Origin: Balanoglossus misakiensis
Taxonomy: Eukaryota > Animalia > Hemichordata
Length of the DNA stretch: 64,000 nt
Assembly (NCBI GenBank): GCA_040954595.2
Contig: JBECUI020000039.1
Coordinates: forward strand, 72,396 to 136,395
Reading direction: 5' to 3'
Shown: one piece after another, positions 47,401 to 55,886 of the stretch
Numbering within the stretch: position 1 is the first letter of the stretch
Layout: every line of letters starts with the position of its first letter
Translations under genes and position numbers: made by a program
The notes under the pieces: model-generated
The model's database searches: none
What the model saw: the letters and a program-made list of their open reading frames with translations, nothing else
Told to the model about the DNA's origin: nothing

Positions 47401-50400
47401 CTCCCGACTGGCTACTCATGCTGTATTCTACCCCTGCATCACTTGGGATATCCGTTGTTGCTTGATACACTCCACCTGCAAAATCGGTTGTCGGTATCGA
47501 ATAACTTAAGCTATACCCTGCTATGTCTTTCTGCAAAACAACAAGAGTGAAAGCCCCGCTACTGAGACTATTTGCATAGTTCGCAAGCGATCCTGCACTC
47601 ACCGTTACCGTATACTGTCCTACATCGACAGTGCTGCCAACACTGATACTGCCGTCCCCAGCAATACTGATTCCATCGGTAATAAGAGCTCCGTCTTTAA
47701 TTACCTGTATCTCATAGTCCAAATCTGCCGGATTAATGTTCGTATCAGAGAATTGTGCTACATAACTCGCCTGCTCGCCGTAGATTGCATTCACGCTCGT
47801 ATCATAACTCAAACTTCCACTCAAACTCGGAAGCTCTACCACCACCCTTAGCTCATCATAGACGCTGCTATCGGCTGTTGCCGCTGCACGGATGGTCGTC
47901 GTTCCTGCATTCTGTCCGGTTACCACCCCGCTTGTGCTATCAACTGTAGCGATCCCCTCATCCGTACTCGTCCATAGAAGCGTCTCGGATACATTCTCGG
48001 CATCTACGGTTGCCGTAAGGTTCAGCGTTTCTCCGCGTATCACGCTCGGTGCTTGCTGGTCTATGCTAACTGATGCAACACCGTTGCTTCGAAGCGATAC
48101 CTCATCGGTCCATCCGCTTTCGTGTGTTCCGTCCCAATATGCTCGTATGCGTATTAGATAGACTCCACCTCCGACAAGTCCGGTGAGTTCTACCGAACTG
48201 TCGCTTGTCTCAACCCATTCTGTAGCCACGCCATCCTGTCGATACTCTATCTCAAAGGTGCTATCCATCTCCGTTGTTCCATCAATAGCCTTTCCCTTTG
48301 TTCCCTCCGTCCAGACAATGCTCAGGGTATTGATTGCTGTGTTACTCGAGTCTTTCTGAATATTGCTTGGTTTCCCGGGATTCGTCGAACGGTCAACCTG
48401 TGCTCGCGTGGTAAAGGAGAATATCTCACTCATACTCTCCTGCTCCCCACCTCGTGCGATAATAAGAACATAATAGCTTGTTGCTGCTTGTAATGCACTT
48501 ATGGTAATGCTGGTATCACTGTGGTCGTTATCCGCTTGCAGGGTCGCTCCTGCAATAAATGCTTCTGCCGTATCGGCTGTGTTGGATGACAGGTATACAA
48601 AATAGCTACTTTCCACCGCTTCGCCACTTTCCAGAAGAGCTGGGGCGACCGCTGACCATGAGAGAGTTAAACTATCCTCCGTTGCTTCAGCATTAACACC
48701 TCTAACTGAACCGGGGGGACGATTGAGTGCTGCAGTCTCTATGCTCAGGGCGGTACTTTCCGAACTATTCATGCCGCTATTTGCATGTGCTACAACAACA
48801 AAGACATAAGCCGTCTTTCCGGTGAACCCATCTATGCGAATCGTGCTATCAGTAATTCCTGTCCGTGTTGTTTCAGCACTGACCTGTTCACTGGCATAAC
48901 TGCTTCCTTCATGCCAATACAGCGTGTATCCACTTATTTCAGCAGGAATGCCCCCTTCTTGCCTCCCGGCATCAGTTGGTGCTGTCCATTCGAGGGTAAG
49001 GGTAATGCTTTGTCCATCAACTGCTCCCTCACTTCCAACCTGTCTCAGATCACTGACCGGTTGCGGTGCAGTTGCGTCCTGTAAGGTAACTCGAATGGTC
49101 AGGCTATCTTGTACCATATTATCTGCATCAGCAAATGCGGTAATAATTGTCTCTCCTTCTGTGTTTGCGACGACCTCGCCCTGTTCTGAAATTGTCGCTA
49201 CAAGTGTTGCACTACTCTCCCATCGAACGCTTTCAATAACGTTCTCTCCATCAACAAGGGCATGCAAGATCAGTTCATCCCCATTTTTCATTGCAAGTTC
49301 TTCTCCTGCATCAGCACCGCCGCTTTGAATACTCACCGAACGAACGCCGTTACTCATAACCTGTCCTTCTATCCATTCACTTGCTTTATTTTCGTCATTG
49401 GGATAGTCCGCATTCCATGCTCGGATGCGGATACGGTATTCCTGTGCACCAAGAAGATTTTCGATGCTTACCTGTTCAGTGAGTACTTCATCAACCGGAT
49501 TCCAACGTGCTTCACTGTAGTATTCCACGGTATAGCTCGTTGCAGCCTCTGCTCCATTCGCACTTGTACCGGGTATTCCTGCAGTCCAGATAATACGCAT
49601 AGCATTGCTTGCTTGGTAGTCGCTATCTTTCCTGATATTGCTGACTGCTCCCGGTGGTCCCGATTGGTCGGTATTCCCGGTGGTAATGGTGATTGTTGTT
49701 GGCAGCGATTCTCCGTCTGCTGTATGGACTACGACTGAAACAGTATACTCGACTGTACTGCGTAAGCCACTGACGGTGTAGGAAACATTTCCATCAGCTT
49801 CTGCAACCAGCTCTGCTGGTGTTGCTTCGTATGTTAATTCGGGTACATCGACTGTAAGCGGTATCAGGGAAATGGCATAGTGGGTAATTCCGCTTGCTAC
49901 TGAGGGGGTCCATTGTATGAGAAGCTGTACATCAGTAGCTGTGGTTGCATCTCTTGTTGTGAGATTGGTAATGCCGGCAATGATGCGCGGTGTCATTACC
50001 GGGCCTGAGACGGGTCGGATACTGGTGGATGAGGTTCCCTCATCTATGTTTGCGACAACCCTTACATCATATTCGGTTTCATCATTAAGTTCAGTGATAT
50101 CAATAAATGTATTGCCGGTCGTATACTCTTGTGCCTCTCCATCCGGTGAGGTAAGTGTAACGGTATAGGACATAACCGGATCTCCTGCAGGAGCGACCCA
50201 TTGTGCGGAGATGCTTCCTGCTGTTGCAGTTACCTGCAGGTTTGAAGGAGCATCTAAGCTACTACCAGTCTGCAGTGGCTCTGCTGCTACAGTTGCTGAA
50301 GACTCGATATCCTGTTTTACTGCAATAACCGAGAGGGTGTAGCTTGTGTTTGCTGCTAACTCATCAGTATCAAAGGTAACTGATAGTGAGAGGACTCCGG

Positions 50401-50644
50401 TACCAGTATTGGGAACTATTTTATTGATGGGAAGACCACTATCAGGAGTCAACTGAACCCGATAACTCACCGCAGGTTCGGCTGCAGTAAATTCGACTTG
50501 GACCGTACTTCCATCGACAAACCAAGCTGAAACTTTCGTAACCGGGGAAACAGTGCTAACACTGGCTGTTCCAGTATCAGCACAGGAAACAAACACACTG
50601 AGCATGAGGCTCAGTGCCAAAACAGATATAGATAATACACGCAT
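44402..50644 (-). CDS. Giant surface lipoprotein B (2080 aa), paralog of A: FN3/Big_2 repeats, stalk, GLUG-type C-terminal domain; putative adhesin
   Basis: Start reassigned to the ATG at 50644 after GGAGG. Lipobox SVFVSC; same domain order as A; LYSWRDLQAM..YRLGSDIQFP and VGGLVG repeats; shared terminal motif. Confidence 0.85.
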   Translation of the reverse strand: MRVLSISVLALSLMLSVFVSCADTGTASVSTVSPVTKVSAWFVDGSTVQVEFTAAEPAVSYRVQLTPDSGLPINKIVPNTGTGVLSLSVTFDTDELAANTSYTLSVIAVKQDIESSATVAAEPLQTGSSLDAPSNLQVTATAGSISAQWVAPAGDPVMSYTVTLTSPDGEAQEYTTGNTFIDITELNDETEYDVRVVANIDEGTSSTSIRPVSGPVMTPRIIAGITNLTTRDATTATDVQLLIQWTPSVASGITHYAISLIPLTVDVPELTYEATPAELVAEADGNVSYTVSGLRSTVEYTVSVVVHTADGESLPTTITITTGNTDQSGPPGAVSNIRKDSDYQASNAMRIIWTAGIPGTSANGAEAATSYTVEYYSEARWNPVDEVLTEQVSIENLLGAQEYRIRIRAWNADYPNDENKASEWIEGQVMSNGVRSVSIQSGGADAGEELAMKNGDELILHALVDGENVIESVRWESSATLVATISEQGEVVANTEGETIITAFADADNMVQDSLTIRVTLQDATAPQPVSDLRQVGSEGAVDGQSITLTLEWTAPTDAGRQEGGIPAEISGYTLYWHEGSSYASEQVSAETTRTGITDSTIRIDGFTGKTAYVFVVVAHANSGMNSSESTALSIETAALNRPPGSVRGVNAEATEDSLTLSWSAVAPALLESGEAVESSYFVYLSSNTADTAEAFIAGATLQADNDHSDTSITISALQAATSYYVLIIARGGEQESMSEIFSFTTRAQVDRSTNPGKPSNIQKDSSNTAINTLSIVWTEGTKGKAIDGTTEMDSTFEIEYRQDGVATEWVETSDSSVELTGLVGGGVYLIRIRAYWDGTHESGWTDEVSLRSNGVASVSIDQQAPSVIRGETLNLTATVDAENVSETLLWTSTDEGIATVDSTSGVVTGQNAGTTTIRAAATADSSVYDELRVVVELPSLSGSLSYDTSVNAIYGEQASYVAQFSDTNINPADLDYEIQVIKDGALITDGISIAGDGSISVGSTVDVGQYTVTVSAGSLANYANSLSSGAFTLVVLQKDIAGYSLSYSIPTTDFAGGVYQATTDIPSDAGVEYSMSSQSGDLSGIISIEATNGEIRVSATAASDIYGLLVTATATGANYSGSISITVSIAIVDRALTAQISYESGAAVYRTGKSYGITVVSGLPTGLSRSDLRYSGGDGSGITVDSDGTIEIAASVIPGTYTVRVVVSADGYAALDIDVIRTVSPAVLADYYTPAYDIVAVAPNEQKTFSVVGPLQDVTLLYSLSASEQLVIDAMNAGDIVIEQATGAISIQNLAVGTYSGTVTATATGGYYLGSSSAEIAILVESTLPPLPAGARMFVFGSGSVVAPYGGHVSFSGYIRDMPDELTNDYTYSIGDVKKDGQSIANPGFEAYSENFLPFFRESDWGGGSTGVLPLGNYELTVIARQEGYVGQLSVTVQITIEPAVLSGNFDYGVVDIIPFGTGKTVPIQNNNLPAEVSYSLTTVDPQTSGITVDASSGSITIADTLPANTYSLTVTATSSVTEYTGSVESIVSIIVLADSRIILSYKPEMGAMAQEYFSIGDFDNAFLWIIEGVSDASGITADVRVLNAADNSEVHNKAADITVGTDENGGSIVGIGLGLQYSDWAGIPANLRMEITVTDSSGTAGPVLMNKEKSSSGDLYSWRDLQAMQHNLSGSYRLGSDIQFPPPGSYSFPISGFVPVGSSSTSFQGSLSGLADDGTRYAISDFYIDDASLDYAGIFGYSEGVITDLICIDPYVNAHKYVGVIAGELGNSFRSKIAIQNVSVRIEDRTGEHVRSNVTSGFRNNSYAGGIVGYVGRNNQLLSIDSAARVNGNQYVGGLVGRVDGATIVGWTTGDVTGDFTVGGLVGGDYTFASISSVITGYATGAVTSEDGGEVGGLMGSTNTLSTVIGYMTGSVAGRHDVGGLIGMNEGSVIGYSTATVSRNGGTNTQFGGVVGRYFSGSVKAHFDRTAAGTEYASGRQLNAIGSGSLPDGSYAIEVSSEAGIVRRTDTYYDSSGTTGDPTDDQVIFTDWSIYGSTAVPEDAMVGDWVWYGFGRFPSLWDTDDKQYFGEQPEYKAQ

Positions 50645-50674
50645 AGCGCCCTCCAAAGGATGATATATAAAACA

Positions 50675-50703
50675 ATGATAAGACAAAAAGCAAGAAAAGT
50701 CAA
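50675..50703 (-). promoter_or_regulatory. sigma70 promoter of gene B
   Basis: TTGACT-17 nt-TATCAT, then the GGAGG RBS and ATG. Confidence 0.8.
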
Positions 50704-50736
50704 GCATTTTCTTCAGAAAATACAAAAAGTGTCATG

Positions 50737-50755
50737 CCCCCCCCCCCCCCCCCCC
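50737..50755 (-). repeat. Poly-G(19) tract (poly-C on +) 33 nt upstream of the gene B -35 box; candidate phase-variation tract
   Basis: 19 consecutive C on the + strand. Confidence 0.9.
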
Positions 50756-50916
50756 TATGAGACCTCTAATATGAGTAAAAAATTAGAAATTATGGGAACT
50801 AATTATAGATAGAACATAAATTATAGAGATAATACTGGGCTAAAAAACAGCATTTTTCTCTGTTTCTGTTTTTAGGGGGAATAATGTATGGAAAAAAAAA
50901 GATAAAAATCTGGTGA

Positions 50917-51633
50917 AAACTTCAATCAAACTGCCATATTTCGCAGTAGTACCTTATACCACCCCTGATGGGTGGGGGCTGTGAATGGCGGAGCTCATAC
51001 AAAAAACTACTTAACATCTGTGTAGTTGTTTTGCAGGGGAGTGCGGTGATTCTTGTGTGCCGGCCTGGCAAAGGCTCAAGCAAACAGCCACTTTTTGTGG
51101 TAGTACGTTATACCACCCCTTAAGGGTGGGGGTTGTGGATGGCGGGGCTTATATAAAATTTTAAGTATAATTTTAGGTTAAAATTATCAGAAGGAAGCAC
51201 CTAACAAGATCAATTTCCTCGCACAAACTTCAAGCAAAACGCACACTTTTCGTGGTAATTCTTAATACCTCCCCTGATGGGTGGGGGTTGTGGATGGCGG
51301 GGTTTATACAAAAATTTTAAGTATAATTTTAAGTAAAAATTAAAAGAACCCACTCTACAAAATCAATCCCCTCGCTCAAACTTCAATCAAAGGCACGGAT
51401 TTCGCAGTAATTCTTAATACCGCCCCTTAAAGGGTGGGGGCTGTGGATGGCGGAGTTCATACACAAATTTTAAGTATAATTTTAAGTAAAAATTAAAAGA
51501 ACCCACCCTACAAGATCAATTCCCACGCTCAAACTTCAAGCAAACGCACGGATTTCGCAGTAGTACCTTATACCACCCCTGATGGGTGGGGGTTGTGGAT
51601 GGGAAAGATCATACTAAATTTTAAGTAAAAATT
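50917..51633 (+). repeat. Array 3 of the ~154-bp repeat (U6-U10)
   Basis: Units start at 50917, 51071, 51225, 51378 and 51531 (periods 154, 154, 153, 153). Confidence 0.95.
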
Positions 51634-51654
51634 GAGAGGATGTACCCACTAATT

Positions 51655-54600
51655 TCATTTTAACCCACGTATTTCTTCGATTGACGGCGGCGAATACGTG
51701 TTACTTACAAATATCTTTTTGATTTCTACTATCAATCGCAAAAGATATTCGTGTTTTGTTTTTTTATAAATATTTTTTAATGACTTTATGACTGTATTAA
51801 AAGCCCTTTTTGTTTTACAGTTAGCAACAATTAATTTGTATGAATTTACACACATTTCTAAAATAGCATTTCTTCTGTCGGATCTACTCTTATACTGATA
51901 CGAGTAAATCATTAACCTCTTTACTTGTCTAAGATTTTTTATATTCCCTGTAGAAAATATACCGCCCATGCCATGCCAAGCCATTCGTCCAGGGAAAGTG
52001 CCCCCCCTTAAAAGTTGCTTAGTATAATAACTAAATACGCCTCTGTCTTCTTTATCGTTGGACAAAACAAATTCAGCTAATTGCTTTTTGACTGCTTTGA
52101 CCTTTGTTTGAAAAAATGCCTTTCTCGTATAACATAGTAAATATTGCTTTAAAGTATCATCATTGATATTATTAAAGTCAGAAAGAAAACCCCATGCATA
52201 ATTATGCTTTCTTTGTTGTGCTACTTCGTCAACACTACACAGTGCACTAATAAACGTATCTGCACCAACCTTTGAAATATCAATTCCACCTAGTATAGCA
52301 ACCTCCAGTATTTCGGGTCTATAGTCATTATCAATATTTTTTTTAATATACTCTGTAATACATATCTTCAACTTACCTCTCTGGGATCGATCCAAACAAT
52401 CCCAATGGGACCGAAGGAAGTGACACACAGCAAGAATAGACCATTCATGATCTGACATAGCAGTTACACATCCAAAATTATCTAAAATAAAACTTATTAT
52501 TTCTTTACGATCTATATATTTCCCTAAATAATCAATAGAGAGAGTATTATGATCAATACACACGAATCTTTGTGATGAATTCACAAACCCAGAAAAAGCA
52601 GCGCCTATTATTTTCTTGCCATATTGTTCTTTGAATTCACTATTGTTCGCTAACATGTTTGTTTTATTCAAAAAATAACAGGCTATGGATTGATACTTTC
52701 TTTGAGAATCTTCTCTGGTGCAATTAATATTTTCCATTGGGTGTTGATCAAAAACCCATTTTATCCAGCCAATTAATTTCTCTCTTTCTTCTTGAGAGAG
52801 AACACTATAATCTGGTTTCTGTTCATCCATATAGCAAGCCAACCAAACAGCCCAATCGTGCTCCCATGACATACCCAAGCATTTTAATGCATCTTGTTTC
52901 GTAACAGAATCTTTTTCCTTGCTAGTCAATGTTTTCATTAAAAAAATAACAAAAAAATTATACTCTAGCCTATTCTGAATAAATTTTACTGATAATAAAT
53001 CCTTTTGACTAATACCCTTTTTTTGAAAAAACGAAAACAACTTGCCCAAATCATTTTTTAGAGTATCACAACTATTAAAAATCGAGTGTAACCCTTCGAT
53101 CGTTTTCTCTTTTTCCATCCTCTGTGCGTTTTCATATTCTTGCCCCTGTTCTCTTATCTCGGAAATTTTTTGTTTTCTTTCAGTTGAAATTTTGCTTTGT
53201 ACATAGTCATAAAGAGAATGTTCACTAGAGATACAAAGTGTTACCCGATTATAGACATCTTGCAACGACCTATTTCCTGGAATCTCAAAATATCTTTGAA
53301 AATCATCAAAGTCATCTTGAGAAGTGAGTCTACCAAGTAAATCATAGATGACTTCATCATTCGCCATTCCAACTGAGTCTTTTTTAAATATCTTTTGAAG
53401 TACCAGCAAAAATAAAGAACTATCTTGGATTAACTTGTCTATCAGAGTTATTTCTTCCGAGCGAAGTACTAGGTAGACTTGCATTTTTATGCTTACCCAA
53501 CGGGCTATAATTTCGATCTTATCTTTCAATGAACCGGTGCGTTTGTAATAGGCTTCTATGTTTTCTAATAGAATCCCTACCAGACCTTGAAAATAATTAT
53601 CAGTTATTATGCATGGAAGATCACTTAAAATATACTCTATGAAAGTCCAGAGAGACTCTTGATTATTGGATAAAAAGTTCCGAATAGGAAAATAAAGGAC
53701 ATCTATGACAATGAAAATTTGCCTAATACTACTTTGAAAATCATCATCCATTTCCGCAGGTACCACTATAGCGATTTTGCCCTTCTCCCTCTGCTCCATT
53801 TCTACAGCAGTCTTTACTAACGATTTTAACTCTTCAAGGGTCAAGCTATACTGCGATTTTTTTAACAATATACAAAGAAAATTAATGAATTCTTCAGGGT
53901 GTTGGATAGATTTTTCAAAAATTAGTGCTATGTTCTCTTTTGTATAGTAAGGTAAACGCCTATTTTGACAAATAAAACCATAAAGTTTTTTGATTATTCC
54001 TAATTTATGCGTATCAAGATTTTGCATTAACTGCAAAAAATAATCTAATAGCTTTTTATTTTCTTCGTCCAGTATTTGTAATTGCTTAGCTGGCATAGTG
54101 GAAAATGCTTCCCACAAAAAAGATAAAAGAAGTGCCACTTTACTATTGTACTCTTCTATCCTAACAACCTCATCTATTGCATACCGAATATTCTTATTGT
54201 TTTTTCCAGCAAAAATAGATAATTCTTGGGAGAGTTCTAAATCCATACTTGTCAAATAGGGATCTTCTATAATCGCTTTAAATATTTTATGATTTGTATC
54301 GTTATCAATTTTATCCTGCTCAATGGAGAGGAATAACCTTGCATTTTCTTTTATAAGTTCCCGTAATAAGTATCTAAATTTTTCATTATTATCTAAAGCA
54401 AGTAAGTTTAAAACAAATCTAAATGTATTAATTAAACAAGGAATAATAATACCTTCTTTAGTAAATGTATTTTTTATTTGCTTTGCATCTAACCCTACTA
54501 CCCTTTTAGCGACTAGATATTCCTGTATATTTTTATGGCTAAACTGAAAAGGCATGGTTAAACCAATGAAGTCAAAATCTTTCTTGCTATCATCCCCTAA

Positions 54601-55878
54601 CTTTATTTTTTCATGAAGAGTCATATAAAGCGCCAAAGTTCCTAATTGCTGTTCATTTGTTTTCTGTTCCCTAAAAAGATTTTTTGTTTCTTGTTGAATA
54701 ATGAAATCAAAAAGTTCAATAATATTTTCAGAAATATTTCCTTTCTTTTGAAAAAACGATATAAAACTAACCACATAAAAAATATTATGAGAAAAGTTAT
54801 TAAAGAAAGCATTCTTGAGAAAATAAGAATATGCATTGTCAGGAATTTTATATCTCTTAAATAAATTTTGTATATCATCCTGATTGAGGGGTTGAATAGT
54901 GAATTTCGAATTCTTAAATAACTGTAAATGCGAACCAAGATCAGTATTGTCTCTAACAGTTAGTATAACTCTTCGGTCATATCCCTCATGACTCATATAC
55001 TGTTGAAATTCCTTGCATAAAGATGTTCTTTTATCATTAGGAACTTCATCATAACCATCCAATAAAAGAACAAAATCACCAATTTGAAAATTTTTTCCTA
55101 CAGGTAAAACATCTTCTATCTGAGCCGCTAGTGTTCCTTCGACATAATTAGAAAGTTCGATAAAGACAGGAGGCAAATACCATTCCTCGGCATTTAACAT
55201 TTCACAATAAAGTTGTTTCAACAAACAGGTTTTTCCATATCCCGCCTGCACTTGTAAAAGAGTATACTGCTTCTGTATCACATGCTGCAAAAAAGAACTA
55301 ATGTCAAACCGCTGAACATCTTGAACATTTTCCCCTAGCATACCTTGAATAGTTCTTGGTATATAGTTTGCACCGTCTTGGCAAAAAGTTTTTAGTTGTG
55401 AATTGTTTTTGACATGCTCCTTCCGAATTTTATTTTGCAGAATACCTAACTCAATATATGTTCCTAGAGCTGGATTCTGTTTAACAATTTCTACTAAATT
55501 CTCTCTGTCATAAATAGTCAAATTTATATTATTATTTTTAAATTCAGTATACAGATCCTCTTTCTTTTTTTGCTGAACCGGTTGGTTGGTAAAAAAATAG
55601 ATTTTTTTATATACACTTTGGTTTAGTTTGTTGAGATCTTGATTTAATTTGCGTTTCCAATCTTTTGCAATGGAAATAGCAAATGCAATTTTATCATGAT
55701 TAAAAGTTAATGCCCAGCCATCAATCCCGCCATCCCCCCCAGCGTCCGAACCAGAGGATGCATGAACTTCCATATTTTCTGTTTCACGCATCACCGCTAC
55801 ACAAAAATTTTCAAATCTTTTGCTTCCGCCATTAGTTTCGTTTAAACGATCAAGAGCATAACTAATTACAACTTCCAC
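51655..55878 (-). CDS. PD-(D/E)xK (Mrr-like) nuclease fused to a NACHT/STAND NTPase and a long helical C-terminus; Avs/bNACHT-like anti-phage protein
   Basis: N-terminal RFENFC...GGDGGIDG...AISIAKDWKRKL...YFFTNQ. Walker A AGYGKT, Walker B LLLDGYDEV, VILTVR, FQFSHKNIQEYLVA. Markedly AT-rich. Confidence 0.8.
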   Translation of the reverse strand: MEVVISYALDRLNETNGGSKRFENFCVAVMRETENMEVHASSGSDAGGDGGIDGWALTFNHDKIAFAISIAKDWKRKLNQDLNKLNQSVYKKIYFFTNQPVQQKKKEDLYTEFKNNNINLTIYDRENLVEIVKQNPALGTYIELGILQNKIRKEHVKNNSQLKTFCQDGANYIPRTIQGMLGENVQDVQRFDISSFLQHVIQKQYTLLQVQAGYGKTCLLKQLYCEMLNAEEWYLPPVFIELSNYVEGTLAAQIEDVLPVGKNFQIGDFVLLLDGYDEVPNDKRTSLCKEFQQYMSHEGYDRRVILTVRDNTDLGSHLQLFKNSKFTIQPLNQDDIQNLFKRYKIPDNAYSYFLKNAFFNNFSHNIFYVVSFISFFQKKGNISENIIELFDFIIQQETKNLFREQKTNEQQLGTLALYMTLHEKIKLGDDSKKDFDFIGLTMPFQFSHKNIQEYLVAKRVVGLDAKQIKNTFTKEGIIIPCLINTFRFVLNLLALDNNEKFRYLLRELIKENARLFLSIEQDKIDNDTNHKIFKAIIEDPYLTSMDLELSQELSIFAGKNNKNIRYAIDEVVRIEEYNSKVALLLSFLWEAFSTMPAKQLQILDEENKKLLDYFLQLMQNLDTHKLGIIKKLYGFICQNRRLPYYTKENIALIFEKSIQHPEEFINFLCILLKKSQYSLTLEELKSLVKTAVEMEQREKGKIAIVVPAEMDDDFQSSIRQIFIVIDVLYFPIRNFLSNNQESLWTFIEYILSDLPCIITDNYFQGLVGILLENIEAYYKRTGSLKDKIEIIARWVSIKMQVYLVLRSEEITLIDKLIQDSSLFLLVLQKIFKKDSVGMANDEVIYDLLGRLTSQDDFDDFQRYFEIPGNRSLQDVYNRVTLCISSEHSLYDYVQSKISTERKQKISEIREQGQEYENAQRMEKEKTIEGLHSIFNSCDTLKNDLGKLFSFFQKKGISQKDLLSVKFIQNRLEYNFFVIFLMKTLTSKEKDSVTKQDALKCLGMSWEHDWAVWLACYMDEQKPDYSVLSQEEREKLIGWIKWVFDQHPMENINCTREDSQRKYQSIACYFLNKTNMLANNSEFKEQYGKKIIGAAFSGFVNSSQRFVCIDHNTLSIDYLGKYIDRKEIISFILDNFGCVTAMSDHEWSILAVCHFLRSHWDCLDRSQRGKLKICITEYIKKNIDNDYRPEILEVAILGGIDISKVGADTFISALCSVDEVAQQRKHNYAWGFLSDFNNINDDTLKQYLLCYTRKAFFQTKVKAVKKQLAEFVLSNDKEDRGVFSYYTKQLLRGGTFPGRMAWHGMGGIFSTGNIKNLRQVKRLMIYSYQYKSRSDRRNAILEMCVNSYKLIVANCKTKRAFNTVIKSLKNIYKKTKHEYLLRLIVEIKKIFVSNTYSPPSIEEIRGLK

Positions 55879-55886
55879 CTCTACTC

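Noticed and set aside
51300-51330. Promoter inside each repeat unit (TATAAT)
   Set aside because: TATAAT is present in only some units and has no -35 at 16-18 bp or TG extension; it is part of the palindrome.
35247-51633. CRISPR array
   Set aside because: The conserved part is ~110 bp and degenerate, the 'spacers' are related to each other, and there are no cas genes in the window.
35247-51633. Integron attC sites / CALIN
   Set aside because: The units lack RYYYAAC...GTTRRRY ends and whole-element dyad symmetry, there is no intI, and the cassettes have their own promoters. Only the organisational logic is similar.
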